From a virus, in IMG/VR virus record IMGVR_UViG_3300025828_000014: 64,000 nucleotides of DNA, one strand, 5' to 3'. The notes under the pieces were generated by a model. The model saw nothing but the letters and a program-made list of their open reading frames with translations. It did not search any database and was not told the origin of the DNA. Below, piece by piece: positions 12,301-21,658 of this stretch. A program made the translations under genes and the position numbers. Numbering within the stretch: the first letter of the stretch is position 1; the number at the start of each line of letters is the position of its first letter.

Positions 12301-15300
12301 AAAATACGGATTGTTAAATATTCCAAGACAGAGTATGTTTGTAAATAGAATAGAAGCTGTAAAACAATTTGTTGATAGAGTCAACTCAGTATTTTTGAAA
12401 AATATTATAGTAGATAATTATAATATAAGCAAATTATTATTAGTGGATCCAGCACCTTTATTGTCTTTAGGAAAACACGATGTTGCAGTTGATACTGTAA
12501 ATGATTTACAATTTGTAGGAACTGCAAAAAAGACACAAGCTGTTTTAACACCTGTGATTGTTGACGGTAAAATCACCGACGTAATTATTAATAATGCAGG
12601 CAACGGATATAAAGTTGCTCCTGAAATTGAATTTGATGATGTCACAGGTAAAAATGCTGAATTTAAAGCAACAATAAACAGTAATGGACAAATTACAAGT
12701 GTTGAAATTAAAGAACAAGGTTTTGATTATTCGTCTAACACAATTTTAAAAGTAAGAGAATTCAGTGTATTAGTAAACGCAGATGAAACAATTGGCGGAC
12801 GTTGGAGCATATATGTTTACAATCCTACTTCTAGAGAATGGAATAGAACAGACAACCAAAGTTTTGATACAACCAAGTATTGGAATTATGCTGATTATTA
12901 CGCTACTGGTTATTCAATAAACACAATAATTAACCAAACAATAGAATCTAGTTATGAATTATTCGGATTAGATAATACAATAGGTGATGTTGTTAAAATA
13001 AAAAATATTGGAACAGGCGGCTGGCTTCTGTTAGAAAAAATAGACAACCAAGACACTGAAGATTATACAATTAATTACAAAACTGTAGGCAGACAAAATG
13101 GCACAATTCAATTGTCTAGCTTAATTTATAATTATTCAACAGAAACTACTGGTTATGATGCTGGTGTATATGATATAGCATTTTATGATAGAGAACCAGT
13201 TAATGAATTAAGAAATATATTAAATGCTATTAAAACTGATATTTTTATTGGCGAATTGGCTGTAGAATACAATAAACTATTTTTTGCAAGTGTAAGATAT
13301 GCACTATCTGAACAGGAAAATGTTGATTGGGTATTTAAATCAAGTTTCTTAAGAGCAAAACATAATGTTGGAGAATTGGAACAAAAAGTTGCATATCAAA
13401 ATGACAATCTTGAAAATTATCAAGATTATATCAACGAAGTTAAGCCTTATAAAACTAGTGTTAGAGAATACATAAGTTCATACGAAAAAATTGAACCTAC
13501 CAATAGTTTGATATCTGACTTTGATTTACCACCTAGCTACATTGGAGGAAATATTACTCCTAGTGTTGCTAAATTTTCAAACAATGAAGTTACAGATTTG
13601 TGGCAAAAATATTTTACGTATCCATACAAAAATTGGGTAGATAACAATACATACGAAATAGTTAGTATTGAAGTTTTAGACGGAGGCAGTGGGTTTAACA
13701 ATACACCAGATGTTACTATTAGTGGAAATAGTGGAGCAACTGCGAGAGCATATATTGCTAAAGGCAAAGTTAAATCAATTGAAATACTTAAAAAAGGCAA
13801 CAGAGTGTTATCTGCTCCTACTGTAACAGTAAGTGGCAATCAAGATCCAGACGGTAGTCCAGTAAAAGCAAGTGTAATTATTGGTAATCCTTTGGTAAGA
13901 AGCACACACATGACTGTAAAATTTGACAGAGTTAGTGGTAAAAAATATTTTGAGACTATTGACCAAAAAGAAAACTTTTTAGGAACAGGCGCAAAACAAA
14001 AATTCCAATTGTTGTGGCCAATGAATGTAAAGACAGATACATTTAGTGTCACAGTAAATGGTGTTGAGATGTTGAAAAGCGAATATCAAGTTGGCAATGA
14101 TCTTGATACTACAAAAGGTTATGATAGGTATTTTGGGTATATTAATTTTGTAAAAGATCCTGCAATCGATGATGTGATTGTTGTAAATTACAAAAAAGCA
14201 ACCAGTCTGCTTCATGCTGCCGACAGAGTGTTGTATGAATACAATCCTACTACAGGTATGCCTGGCAAAGAATTAAGTCAAGTAATGCAAGGTGTTGAAT
14301 ACGAAGGTGCATTATACGATAGTTTTGGTTTTGGTAATGAACAAGGATTTGGCGCCGGCGGATTTAGTGATTTGCCTTGGGACACTTTTGATAACACATT
14401 TAGTGACGAAGTAATTAAATTAGATGGTAGCACTGCTACAATCACACTTTCAAAACCTCTAGAAAATGGAGTAAATTACAACATATATCTAAACGGTGTA
14501 AGGTTAGACGACCCTGCATATGATGGCAGCACTGCTACAGCCAACAAAAATGCTGTAATGGCTACAATTGTAGGCGACGGTGAGCAAATTGAAATAGATA
14601 TACAAGGTATATTTACTACAACAGATGGTGATGAAGTAATTATTAGAAAAGAAGAAAGTGACGGATCTCTATCTCCTGTAAGCACAAATTTTGACACCAG
14701 TTTGTCAGGCGGCGCTCTTGATAAAACTACTGCCACAGGCATACCAAGTGGAGAAATTGTAGTAGACGGCGATGAATTCTTTTCAGCAACCAACAGCAAA
14801 GGTCCTGAAGAACTTGTTCCTGGCACAGTTACAGATACACTTGATTTACAAGTATATACAAGACCTAATAACGGATTAGCAAACATTGCTGTTGCTAATT
14901 ATATCTATGATGGATCTACAAGAGAGTTTGAGTTTCCTGAAAAACCATTTGGAGAAACAAATGTTGTTGTAATGGTTAATCAAAAAGTTTTAAGAGAAGA
15001 TGTATTTTATTCAGATTATGATTTAAATGCAGTGTTTATTGATAGCGATGAAAATATAGAAACTGGCGATAGTATTACTGTTATGACATTTGGATCCAAC
15101 GGTAACAATTTAATTGATTCTAAAACAATACAACTCAACTCTTATGATATTGCAAATCAACCAGTTGGCGAAAATTGGAGATTTGTAACAGCAGCTGACT
15201 TCAGCAGTGATGCTAGTGCAATTGTTGTTATGAACGGCCGTGTTGCAACAGAAGGTAGCGACTATTTCTTAAACATTAGCGATAGCACAACAGAAGCAGC

Positions 15301-17116
15301 AAACAAAATTACAATCGAATTTCCAGGCGGTCGTGTGAGACTTGGAGAAAATAACATTATACAATATGCTGTGTATGATACAAATATTGTAAGTTATAGC
15401 CTAGTATACCAAGATATAACATGGAATCAAACATTAGGAAATTATTGGAACTTTACCAATACGCCTACACCATTTAATGTAAAACCTTTAGGTCATAATT
15501 TGATCGTTTTTGGTGACGATGAAATATTAGATCCTGGTTACAGTATCAGATATACTACAACAACTGATAGAGTATACGATTTAGATAGCTGGGCATTTTC
15601 AGACTTGACACAAATTAATAGTCGTGACATTTTAGTATATGCAGACGATGTAAGAGTTGACAGACAATATTGGACATGGGATCAAACAAGTGCAAGAATT
15701 ACAATATTGTCAAATACCATAGCACCAGCAGGAACAAAACTAGATATCTATGTAATCAATAATGCAGATTATTACTTTATTGATACACAAATAGAATTTA
15801 CAGAGGTAGATGGTAGCACAACAATTAATATGGAGCCGTTAGTAACAGTAGGCCAGCCGTTAAAATTAGTTAGCACAGCCTCTTCTACTGTTTTTAATCC
15901 GATTGTAAAATCAGTATCAAATAACGTAGTTGTTGTTGAAGGAATGGCAAGACAAATTAGAGATGAATTTGTTGCAGACGAAGATTTTTGGGTAACAAAC
16001 GATTCTACGCAAATGAAAATTGCAAATATAGAATTTATAGAAAGCGACAGTATAAGTATAGATCCAGACAAATACAATGGGGCATTTACAACTTATAGAG
16101 TAATGCATTTTAGTAATCATGATGTTAACAAATTTAGAAGATACAGTTATGACGTTTTAACTGACACTGTAGTAAATGAATTTACTTCTGAATATACCAG
16201 ACGTAATTTATTAACAAGTGGTATTGTCGAACTTGATAGTCAAGCAGCTGGAGCGCAATATGTATGGGTAGTAAAAAATAAAAAATTACTACGTCCTTTG
16301 ATTGATTACGAAGTAATGGAAGAACTTGATGCAGTAAGATTAAACGAAATTCCTGCTGCTAATGATAAAATACAAGTTTTACATTGGACTAATGCAGTAT
16401 CAGGTAAGCGTTTTGGTTTTAGAATATTTAGAGACATGCTTGGTAGAACACATTACAAGCGGTTAAACCAAGAAAACTCTTACGTATTAGCAAAAGATTT
16501 GCAAGTATATGACAACTCTATTCTACTTGATGATGCAACTGGAATACAGAAACCAAACACACTTAAAAACCTGCCAGGTATACTTTGGATTGATGGCGAA
16601 CGTATTGAATATTTTTCAGTCCAAGGAAATACATTATCTCAATTGCGCAGAGGAACATTAGGAACAGGTGTTAAGAGTTTGCACAAAGCAGGCGATAGAG
16701 CATTTGGTCAAGGTCCAGGAGAAACAATTGACTACCAAGACACATATGATGTATATAGAGATTTTGCAGATGGTTCGAGTCAAATTGTAGATCTTGGATT
16801 TACATTTGATAACATAAACGAAATTGAGGTGTTTGTTGGTGGTAAAAAGTTAAGTAAAGTTGATGTTAATGTTTACAACAACACTATAGCACAAGACAGC
16901 ACCGAAGGCGATCAAGTTAAAGCACAAGAGTTTACAGTAGTAGATGTATCAGGAGAAAAACGTATAAACTTTACTACAACTCCTGCTGTAAACACAGAAA
17001 TAAGAGTAGTGAAAAGAACTGGAAGAAGATGGATTCAACCAAATGAAACACTTAGAACCAGTTCTTCACCAATAGCAAAATTTATTCGCGGAGCAACAAT
17101 TGAGCTACCTAAATAA
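3365..17116 (+). CDS. Giant 4583-aa virion baseplate/adsorption protein (Ig-like repeats, CBM5/12-like repeats, FG-GAP beta-propeller)
   Basis: Uninterrupted ORF coupled to the gp6-like gene by TAATG. Repeated 'V.vNG.....g.DY' modules, 'i.i...G.G(Y/F)...P.v' repeats, FG-GAP-like blades (YGASVAISPDSKFIAVGAP, WGVDFAINDDGDRIAVAAP) and four W/Y..Y..GD.V.Y....Y.A modules. Confidence 0.75.
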   Translation: MESIDYPLPIGDSDRSAKNLLPRYFRTDTNNKFVQSTIDSMISEGVIEKLDAYVGRRNSPTAKVTDTFLPDVSTDRENYQFESSIVSKDDLGNVNFYASYTDLLGVIKTYKGSVNNHSVLNSQTSYSWNPHIDFDKFTNFREYYWLPLGPIPVAVSGSQRGITSVYNVELGTDDQTQSYVFSPDGITKNPTLKLYKGQTYKFDINTPGEPISFVTNIAYQDNDPLLEIDAENISTIYNTNIKRYKRNQDGAYIETDDVWIENGRIEFTPDDTVPPLLYYASKNNANMNGLLNFYNINENSQINVEDEIIGKKSYQSPIGGNLSNGQRIFFVGEVTPKKYATGNYFVEGVGSSIRLIPETELEIPVPFTTVKNVPFDGEEFGFDEYPYEDAAAFVAQKDYITINRGSPDKNPWSRYNRWFHRDVIVESYNQAGLPVEIDEEARAKRPIIEYTSGLKLYNHGAVAKDNVDLIDTFTTDVFSTIEGKGGYIIDGVEVTDGMRLLFTADKDILVAGKIYKVKFINFGTGTIKNRQITLIEEADTIPNEGDTVLVSQGNVNAGKMFHYANNKWNKAQEKTSVNQQPHFDLFDSNAYSYGDTTQYVGTSFIGTKLFSYAKGSGSNDVELGFPLKYQSINNFGDIVFDFNYHTDKFTYQDSSQNIVEKNTSSGFFKIFNQDGSYKWKSVWEKTYFKSRQPVIRQYNGQLNNFPVDVFDNSHLLDDLVVRVFVNNKKKIEGVDYTLDNTVKYKQVRFFNNLDSESIVVLKCYSSANKNVNGYYEIPKNLESNPQNENLTTFTLGEVNKHVNSIVENYHPVAQGSIPGNTNLRDLPNITQYGTQFMKHSGPVNLAAYHLVDKDANIIKSIQFAMKEYSRFKSSFLFTANQTGFHGDTKKHVDLIMNTLNKDKTSSMPFFASDMIPMNATTETIHEIEYDETAYLPTSFTNFDLKTLSNKAVLVYVNGEQKYQGVDYDFENGFIKYYNPTIGQDIVVYEYENTNGCYVPPTPTKLGLYPLYKPEFQTITGANGNVDVIVGHDGSYTVRFDDYRDELLLDLEKRIYNNIKTSYNTEYLDIHDFIGGFNRKTGVSRETIDSLILEDFSSWLSTAGNPNYTENTNWSGENSFTFNYRSMSDADGNRLPGGWRAIFKQFYDTDRPHTHPWEMLGFSIEPTWWQDVYGPAPYTLSNTVLWQDLRDGFVKEPGKSVKTLDKYKRPNLLSIIPTDENGNLRSPLDSGIAQGFYLPSTSEPFVYGDQGPTESAFRNSSDYRFAILKAWIVSKPCEVFGLGFDRSRIIKDMAGNFVYNETGQAITTKDIIFPTLTGNESKQHFTAGLINYIANYVKWAVSSSYDSYQSDLKRLDNQLSIKLAGFAEKNKLKLLLDSRSPLNKTSVFVPEENYQIFLNTSSVQQVATLSGILITVSDSGYIIEGYDNQNPSFTIYPYIETQSDSAINVGGISEKFLNWSESNTYTIGTVVKYNNEFYRAKVSHVSSNEFENKNFTKLAELPVQGGKTGVIRRRFNKTATSVPYGQIYKTEQDVVDFLLGYEAYLKDDGWNFENINPESGQVEDMLLLIKEFLFFTTQNWDNDTVLAISPAANRVTFSKNNFTIDNVYDNFYDVSILDGNGNAIDSSLTNIFRDKDTKFTINPVGTPEGIFLIKLPLVQKEHVVLIDNQTVFNDVIFDKAAGFRQERIKLVGYRTDNWTGSLSIPGFFYDEAKIVDWRENTDYRIGDVVKYKEFYYSAFGNHSSKQTFDNTKWRRLSEKPVSQIYPNWDYKVNQFADFYDLDTDNFDTEQQRLAQHLIGYQKRQYLENIITDNVSQYKFYQGFIQEKGTNNAMTKLFDALGSSNKDSVELYEEWAIRAGQYGAIDNIQEIEYKLDESKYRIEPQLFELNNNITIGRTDLVYEIAKNQVFKSPEDYDHTLTSVISNTDTFTKNSGYVRSEDVEFIVTSKDSILNIDIDNLEIGKHIWVTTDKQSWTVLKHSQSDLEILGFTNLTLASSNSGVKINCDRQVDDIAVDDIIGIFSSIPNLKGFYKVTEVLGSDITFDLGSSEIEISFEDPDDSFSAAGGASLSRFVTRRFADFETLNLNIEDIQKDAADRLWVDDNGQGIFSVYENNSVISLQQEYANLDSQLNRVAESYDINFGNTTLVRGDSTDTSSTRIGKVSLLIRNAESFTYSAGAIFEPEQEADINSGYGASVAISPDSKFIAVGAPRADNALTQFKGTYDPTEAYDQGDIVVDRGTLWRAKQAVSNWHDSYSDSSTISDSDSNDWEPAYYIPAGVGNSSGLSNQGIVHIYKFDDSTREYTLDIVMCSPDPNAEEQFGYQVELRKNINGIHQLYVSAPGIDVGRVYFFEFDDEWKWTRNRSYKGVFDVNEKYRENDIVFYQGALYQALVERIPLTTPVNDKLPTDTNSWIAAQDIEHTGYIPNRYQELDGDSDTGESNFGIKFDVNDNGDKIVVESDVSSVRTLSVYNKPVDRWKYIQEIKADTTKRESWGVDFAINDDGDRIAVAAPYNDDISNDAGTVYLYKQQSDDLYTLSQNVRSPYKDKNEAFGSAVDFSGNKLAICGKNSDLVEVTGFDNNQLKLDNGNTRISKTIQDTGRIVVFQLINNTYVYGEDIAYKRDTSNHVLDDFKFNQNHLYLNMPTITALEADNPATGNSKYVNSVNQGLLADFSFTKGKDSWTILTSQVSKPKIQELQQVFLYSDDKKDIIQRLDVIDPRQGKIAGPAEQEITFKTWYDPAVYSFSTGEQDVTVDAYSNWTDRYVGKLWWDISKASWFDPYQGNSNYRAGVFHKLLPNAQIQVCEWVSSDLLPSEWDDLAGTTEGYARGVTGTTLYGSEVFSSKQVYDAIRKRFITKYFYWVRNTQIVPNVPGRILSCESVTNLIRDPASTGYRFISILENNKFAMYNTASLIEGRNTILHFRKEKDVDLNVPIHYEYNLLTEGLDVSMPSKDIEQKWIDSLIGYDNIGNSVPDENLQVAKKYGLLNIPRQSMFVNRIEAVKQFVDRVNSVFLKNIIVDNYNISKLLLVDPAPLLSLGKHDVAVDTVNDLQFVGTAKKTQAVLTPVIVDGKITDVIINNAGNGYKVAPEIEFDDVTGKNAEFKATINSNGQITSVEIKEQGFDYSSNTILKVREFSVLVNADETIGGRWSIYVYNPTSREWNRTDNQSFDTTKYWNYADYYATGYSINTIINQTIESSYELFGLDNTIGDVVKIKNIGTGGWLLLEKIDNQDTEDYTINYKTVGRQNGTIQLSSLIYNYSTETTGYDAGVYDIAFYDREPVNELRNILNAIKTDIFIGELAVEYNKLFFASVRYALSEQENVDWVFKSSFLRAKHNVGELEQKVAYQNDNLENYQDYINEVKPYKTSVREYISSYEKIEPTNSLISDFDLPPSYIGGNITPSVAKFSNNEVTDLWQKYFTYPYKNWVDNNTYEIVSIEVLDGGSGFNNTPDVTISGNSGATARAYIAKGKVKSIEILKKGNRVLSAPTVTVSGNQDPDGSPVKASVIIGNPLVRSTHMTVKFDRVSGKKYFETIDQKENFLGTGAKQKFQLLWPMNVKTDTFSVTVNGVEMLKSEYQVGNDLDTTKGYDRYFGYINFVKDPAIDDVIVVNYKKATSLLHAADRVLYEYNPTTGMPGKELSQVMQGVEYEGALYDSFGFGNEQGFGAGGFSDLPWDTFDNTFSDEVIKLDGSTATITLSKPLENGVNYNIYLNGVRLDDPAYDGSTATANKNAVMATIVGDGEQIEIDIQGIFTTTDGDEVIIRKEESDGSLSPVSTNFDTSLSGGALDKTTATGIPSGEIVVDGDEFFSATNSKGPEELVPGTVTDTLDLQVYTRPNNGLANIAVANYIYDGSTREFEFPEKPFGETNVVVMVNQKVLREDVFYSDYDLNAVFIDSDENIETGDSITVMTFGSNGNNLIDSKTIQLNSYDIANQPVGENWRFVTAADFSSDASAIVVMNGRVATEGSDYFLNISDSTTEAANKITIEFPGGRVRLGENNIIQYAVYDTNIVSYSLVYQDITWNQTLGNYWNFTNTPTPFNVKPLGHNLIVFGDDEILDPGYSIRYTTTTDRVYDLDSWAFSDLTQINSRDILVYADDVRVDRQYWTWDQTSARITILSNTIAPAGTKLDIYVINNADYYFIDTQIEFTEVDGSTTINMEPLVTVGQPLKLVSTASSTVFNPIVKSVSNNVVVVEGMARQIRDEFVADEDFWVTNDSTQMKIANIEFIESDSISIDPDKYNGAFTTYRVMHFSNHDVNKFRRYSYDVLTDTVVNEFTSEYTRRNLLTSGIVELDSQAAGAQYVWVVKNKKLLRPLIDYEVMEELDAVRLNEIPAANDKIQVLHWTNAVSGKRFGFRIFRDMLGRTHYKRLNQENSYVLAKDLQVYDNSILLDDATGIQKPNTLKNLPGILWIDGERIEYFSVQGNTLSQLRRGTLGTGVKSLHKAGDRAFGQGPGETIDYQDTYDVYRDFADGSSQIVDLGFTFDNINEIEVFVGGKKLSKVDVNVYNNTIAQDSTEGDQVKAQEFTVVDVSGEKRINFTTTPAVNTEIRVVKRTGRRWIQPNETLRTSSSPIAKFIRGATIELPK

Positions 17117-17120
17117 ATAC
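17114..17120 (+). promoter_or_regulatory. Putative T4-type late promoter (TAAATAC) overlapping the stop codon
   Basis: ATAAATAC followed by AAGG and the ATG at 17138; the same motif recurs at other gene starts. Confidence 0.55.
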
Positions 17121-17137
17121 AGTATAAGGTAAAAAAG

Positions 17138-17746
17138 ATGACACAGTTTAATGATCTAAATGGAATACATGTTGAAGGACACATAAAAATTTCTGACCCT
17201 GATAGCGGCGAAATTTATGTGAACAAACGCAATGCTATTCATTATGAAAATATGAGTATTGCATTAGCAGAAAGTCTTGCTAACCAAGGCGAAGGCTTTG
17301 TTTATGAAATGAGTTTTGGCAACGGTGGAACCAGTGTTGATCCAACAGGTATTGTGACATACTTAACACCAAACAGCACAGGCACAAACAGCAGTTTGTA
17401 TAATCAAACATTTACAAAAGTAGTTGATGAACGCAGTGTTAACAACACTGATCCAGCGAGAAACAAAACTGAAATTAGACATGTTAGTGGGACAAATTAT
17501 ACTGATATATTAGTTAGATGCTTGTTAGACTACGGAGAACCTTCAGGACAAGATGCGTTTGATACTGCTGGCAGCAATGACAGTTTATATGTATTTGATG
17601 AATTAGGTTTACGTAGTTATAGTGCAAGCGGAACTGGAAGATTGATTACACATGTTATATTCCATCCAGTGCAAAAAAGTTTAAACCGTTTGATACAAGT
17701 AGATTATACTGTAAGAATTCAAAGTTTAAGCGGAATTGAGGGGTAA
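17138..17746 (+). CDS. Virion structural protein (baseplate/tail-associated)
   Basis: 202-aa ORF between the baseplate and fibre genes; 'FDELGL...GRLITHVIFHPVQKS..R.IQVDYTVRI' resembles tail-fibre-attachment-type C-termini. Confidence 0.55.
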   Translation: MTQFNDLNGIHVEGHIKISDPDSGEIYVNKRNAIHYENMSIALAESLANQGEGFVYEMSFGNGGTSVDPTGIVTYLTPNSTGTNSSLYNQTFTKVVDERSVNNTDPARNKTEIRHVSGTNYTDILVRCLLDYGEPSGQDAFDTAGSNDSLYVFDELGLRSYSASGTGRLITHVIFHPVQKSLNRLIQVDYTVRIQSLSGIEG

Positions 17747-17748
17747 TC

Positions 17749-19812
17749 ATGGCAGACTATACCATAAACTTTACAGATTTAATTAATAAAGGTTCTCTCA
17801 CAGTTGAAGAAAATGGCCTAAATTCTACAGATACAAGTTTAAAATTAGTAGGGCAGAATCTGTCTGGTTATGGTGCTTATATCAATGAAAACTTTTTGCA
17901 TCTTTTAGAAAATTTTGCAAATACTACTGCACCTAGTAGTCCTGTAGAAGGACAACTTTGGTATGATACAACCGCAGGCGTTGATCAGCTGAAAGTATAC
18001 GATGGTGCAGCATGGGTAGCAGCAGGCGGCATCAAAAAAGCAGCCTCACAACCAGAAGCAAGTGCAAGTATACTTGGCGACATCTGGGTAGATACAGCAA
18101 ATTTACAAGCATACATTTACAGTGGTAGTGGCTGGGTTTTAATTGGTCCAGATTATAGTGAGTCTACTGCAACAGGTGCAAAAATTGAAACCCTCATTGG
18201 CACAAGCACACTGCTTGGCACTGATACAAATCACACAGTATTGATTAATTATGTAAACAATAATATTATTGCAGTTTATAGTTATGTTGAATTTACACCA
18301 AAAGCCAAGGTTACAGGATTTCCTACAGGTTATGTGATGAAGCCTGGTGTTAATATTCCAACAGAATCAATATTTAGTGGTGCAAAAGCAAAATATTACG
18401 GCACAAGTGAAAAAGCCGAAGCATTAGTTGATGCTAGTGGTAATAACAGTTTAGTCTACGGAGATATTGCGAGATTAGATGTAATAAATAGATTTACAAA
18501 AGAACAACGAATCTCTAGCAATGCTGGATTAACCATTGGCGAAAATGGCATATTAACAGCCAGCGTGACCGGATCGTCTATTACAATCAGAAACAAAGCT
18601 ACAGACGGATCTATTAATTTTAACACAAATAACAGCGGAGCAAATCAAACATCTCTGTATATTGCATCTGACGGCAAACACGGAATTTTAAACACATCTC
18701 CTGAAGAAGCACTTGATGTAACAGGAAATATAAAAGCAACAAAGATTATTTCAACTAGCACGTTGAATAGTAGTAACACAACAGACGGAGCAATTAACAC
18801 CGCAGGCGGAGTTGGTATTTCTAAAGATATCAATGTTGGCGGAGATGCTTACTTCAACCTAAATGATACTAATAACACTGGTTCAATTTATGCTAATAAT
18901 ATACAACCTTATACAAATTTAGCCAATAGTATTGGATTACCTAATTTAAAATATGCACATGTATATGCAAATACTTTTCACGGAAATTTAGAAGGAAATG
19001 TAACAGGAAATGTAAGCGGCAGTGCTCAATCAGCAGGCAAACTGTCAAGTCCTACAACATTCCAATTTAACAGCGCCGGAGATGTAACTGCAACAGGAAG
19101 TGTGCAATTTGACGGACAAGTAGGCGGCACAACCAAAGAGTGGACACTTAATATAGATCCAAACTTCCTTACAAATCAAACTGCAATTTCAGTAGCAGTG
19201 GCACCAACAGATCAATTTTTAGTGTATAATTCAGAAGGTTTGCGCAAAATGACGCAAGCACAAATTGTCAGCACTATTCCAGTGTTTGCGTTGGGAATGA
19301 TTATGCCCTATGCAGGAACAATAGCACCAACTGGTTGGGAGTTATGTCACGGACAAGAATTAGCTAGAGGCGGCGATTATGAACCTTTATATGCTATTAT
19401 AGGTAATTTATACGGAACACCGAGCACGCCAGACTTTTTTGTTTTACCTGATTTTAGAGGTAGACATTTACTAGGACACTTAGGTGCAGCTACAAGCGGA
19501 AACAGGGTTTTGAATGATGCTGCTGCTAATACAGTAGGTTTAACAGGTGGTAGCGAATCTCACAATATCACACAAGCCCAATTACCAGATCACACACATA
19601 GTATGCAAGGCGATAATGGCGAGCAATACTATGGAGTAACAAACGTAACAGGTGGCACAGATACAGGTGCAAGTTCTCAAAATATTACAGGAACAACAAC
19701 AGGCACAGGAATTGATAGGACAGGATCAATGAATGATATACAAAATACACCATATTATCATACCAGTCCATATACAACAGTTGAGTTTATTATCTACACA
19801 GGAGGTTCTTAA
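17749..19812 (+). CDS. Tail fibre protein with phage tail collar domain
   Basis: N-terminal 'LKLVGQNLSGYGAYINENFLHLLENFA...GQLWYD' shared with the next two genes; collar motif 'GMIMPYAGTIAPTGWELCHGQEL...LYAIIGNLYG...F.LPDFRGR' at about 19294-19465; 'LPDHTH' metal-binding tip motif. Confidence 0.85.
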   Translation: MADYTINFTDLINKGSLTVEENGLNSTDTSLKLVGQNLSGYGAYINENFLHLLENFANTTAPSSPVEGQLWYDTTAGVDQLKVYDGAAWVAAGGIKKAASQPEASASILGDIWVDTANLQAYIYSGSGWVLIGPDYSESTATGAKIETLIGTSTLLGTDTNHTVLINYVNNNIIAVYSYVEFTPKAKVTGFPTGYVMKPGVNIPTESIFSGAKAKYYGTSEKAEALVDASGNNSLVYGDIARLDVINRFTKEQRISSNAGLTIGENGILTASVTGSSITIRNKATDGSINFNTNNSGANQTSLYIASDGKHGILNTSPEEALDVTGNIKATKIISTSTLNSSNTTDGAINTAGGVGISKDINVGGDAYFNLNDTNNTGSIYANNIQPYTNLANSIGLPNLKYAHVYANTFHGNLEGNVTGNVSGSAQSAGKLSSPTTFQFNSAGDVTATGSVQFDGQVGGTTKEWTLNIDPNFLTNQTAISVAVAPTDQFLVYNSEGLRKMTQAQIVSTIPVFALGMIMPYAGTIAPTGWELCHGQELARGGDYEPLYAIIGNLYGTPSTPDFFVLPDFRGRHLLGHLGAATSGNRVLNDAAANTVGLTGGSESHNITQAQLPDHTHSMQGDNGEQYYGVTNVTGGTDTGASSQNITGTTTGTGIDRTGSMNDIQNTPYYHTSPYTTVEFIIYTGGS

Positions 19813-21650
19813 TGAGCTATAAAATTAACAAAACCGACGGAACTCTACTAGTAGATTTGATTGATGGTGCCATAGATTCTACATCAACTGATGTGACCCT
19901 TGTGGGAAGAAATTATACAGGGTATGGCGAAGCATTTAACGAAAATTTCGTAAAAATTATTGAAAATTTTGCTGCAACTAGTGCTCCTGCAAATCCATTA
20001 AGAGGACAGCTATGGTATGATACAAGCGAAGGTAGACTAAAAGTTTGGGATGGCGAACAGTTTAGAGGAACTGATACAACAACTTACAGTGCGATCAAAC
20101 CAACCTTGGTGGCTGGTGATTTGTGGATTGATGCTGTCAATAAGCAACTTTATTTTAGTGACGGAGCAGCTGACTATCTAGTTGGTCCTAGTTACACAAG
20201 AAGCCAAACAAAAACTGAATATGATGCAATTAGTTTGATTGATAGTTTTGGTGTTACAAAAACTGTTGGAAGATGGAGTGTTGGAAATAAAACTGTGGCT
20301 ATTGTTTGTGCAGAAGATCTCACAGCAGCTACTATTGATTCTAATGTAGCATTACTTACAGGTTTCACATCTCCATTCATATTTAAACAAGGCGTGAATA
20401 TAAATCCTACATATAGCAATTTTAAATGGAATGGCACGGCAACAAATTCTGAAAATTTAATATCTGGAAGTAACGTTTTTGCACCAAGTAGTTTTTTACA
20501 AGTATCGCCTGCTCTACCAATTGCATCTTATCAAACTACAAACCAACATTTACATGTAAACAATGATAGAGGTGTATTAGTAGGTGATGTAAGTAGATTT
20601 AGTATTAGCACAGACACAACTTCAGCAGATAGAGATATTATATTAGGTGCTTTAAGAGAAGATGCAAATATTAAAGTTCAAGTCACAAACAGTGGTTTAG
20701 CAGTGGATGCAATTACAATTGACGCTTCAAATAATAGAGTTGGAATTTTTGATGCAACACCTTCTTATACACTTGATATTACCGGTGATTTACGAGTCAC
20801 AGGTAATATGGTTGTAGAAGGCACACAAACTGCATTAGAAGTAGCAACACTACGTGTAGAAGATAAACAAATAGAACTTGGTATAACTGAAGATAGTAGT
20901 TTAGGAGATGATGCAACAGTTGACGACGGCGGTGTTGTTTTAAAATCAACCGGTATTGACAAAGAATGGGTTTGGAAAAATGCGACAAATGCTTGGAGAT
21001 CAAATGTTAATATTGATGTTGCTGATGGGTATGGATATAGAATTAACGGAACAAATGTTCTAACTATAAACGAACTTCATAGTAGTGTAACAACAGCTAA
21101 CGGACTTACAAGTATTGGAACACTTACTGCATTAAATGTTGACGATATAAGTTTGAATGGAAACACTTTAACGGTTAATAATGATTTAAATGCTAATATC
21201 AATGGCGATATTATCATGATTGGAACAACAAAAATTAGAAATGTTGCAACTCCAGCAACAGCTAATGATGTAGCTAATAAACAGTATGTAGATGATGTAT
21301 CAAAAACACTTGATGTAGCGGTAAGTGTTGATTCAACTGGTTTAACAAATTCTCAATTAGCAGATTTGTTAAACGATATATCACCGTCAGCACAAAAAAA
21401 TAATGGAGTAAGCGCACGAGTTCATTGCACATCTTATGCAGGAACATACACATATAATGGAACAGATGGTGTGTCAAAAAGTTTTGTTGCTGTTGACAGT
21501 GCCGGTGTTCAAAACCAATCTGTTGTTGCTGATTTTAGTTTTGGTGATATTACAGATAATGTTACATTAACGGTAACAAGAACATTGAAAAGATTTGAAG
21601 TAGTAGCAGGAGCATGGGTTTGGCAAGAAGACTTGGTCAGCAGTGTTTAG
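19812..21650 (+). CDS. Tail fibre protein (paralog 2)
   Basis: Same N-terminal attachment domain (LVGRNYTGYGEAFNENF..IIENFA...GQLWYD); fibre motifs 'NRVGIFDATPSYTLDITG' and 'IRNVATPATANDVANKQYVD'. Confidence 0.8.
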   Translation: MSYKINKTDGTLLVDLIDGAIDSTSTDVTLVGRNYTGYGEAFNENFVKIIENFAATSAPANPLRGQLWYDTSEGRLKVWDGEQFRGTDTTTYSAIKPTLVAGDLWIDAVNKQLYFSDGAADYLVGPSYTRSQTKTEYDAISLIDSFGVTKTVGRWSVGNKTVAIVCAEDLTAATIDSNVALLTGFTSPFIFKQGVNINPTYSNFKWNGTATNSENLISGSNVFAPSSFLQVSPALPIASYQTTNQHLHVNNDRGVLVGDVSRFSISTDTTSADRDIILGALREDANIKVQVTNSGLAVDAITIDASNNRVGIFDATPSYTLDITGDLRVTGNMVVEGTQTALEVATLRVEDKQIELGITEDSSLGDDATVDDGGVVLKSTGIDKEWVWKNATNAWRSNVNIDVADGYGYRINGTNVLTINELHSSVTTANGLTSIGTLTALNVDDISLNGNTLTVNNDLNANINGDIIMIGTTKIRNVATPATANDVANKQYVDDVSKTLDVAVSVDSTGLTNSQLADLLNDISPSAQKNNGVSARVHCTSYAGTYTYNGTDGVSKSFVAVDSAGVQNQSVVADFSFGDITDNVTLTVTRTLKRFEVVAGAWVWQEDLVSSV

Positions 21651-21651
21651 G

Positions 21652-21658
21652 TAAATAC
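21652..21658 (+). promoter_or_regulatory. Putative late promoter (TAAATAC)
   Basis: TAAATAC in the 34-nt intergenic gap before the ATG at 21685. Confidence 0.5.

Noticed and set aside
3365-17116. Intein or intron inflating the giant ORF
   Set aside because: No intein splice-junction or homing-endonuclease motifs were recognised; the length is explained by repeated structural domains.
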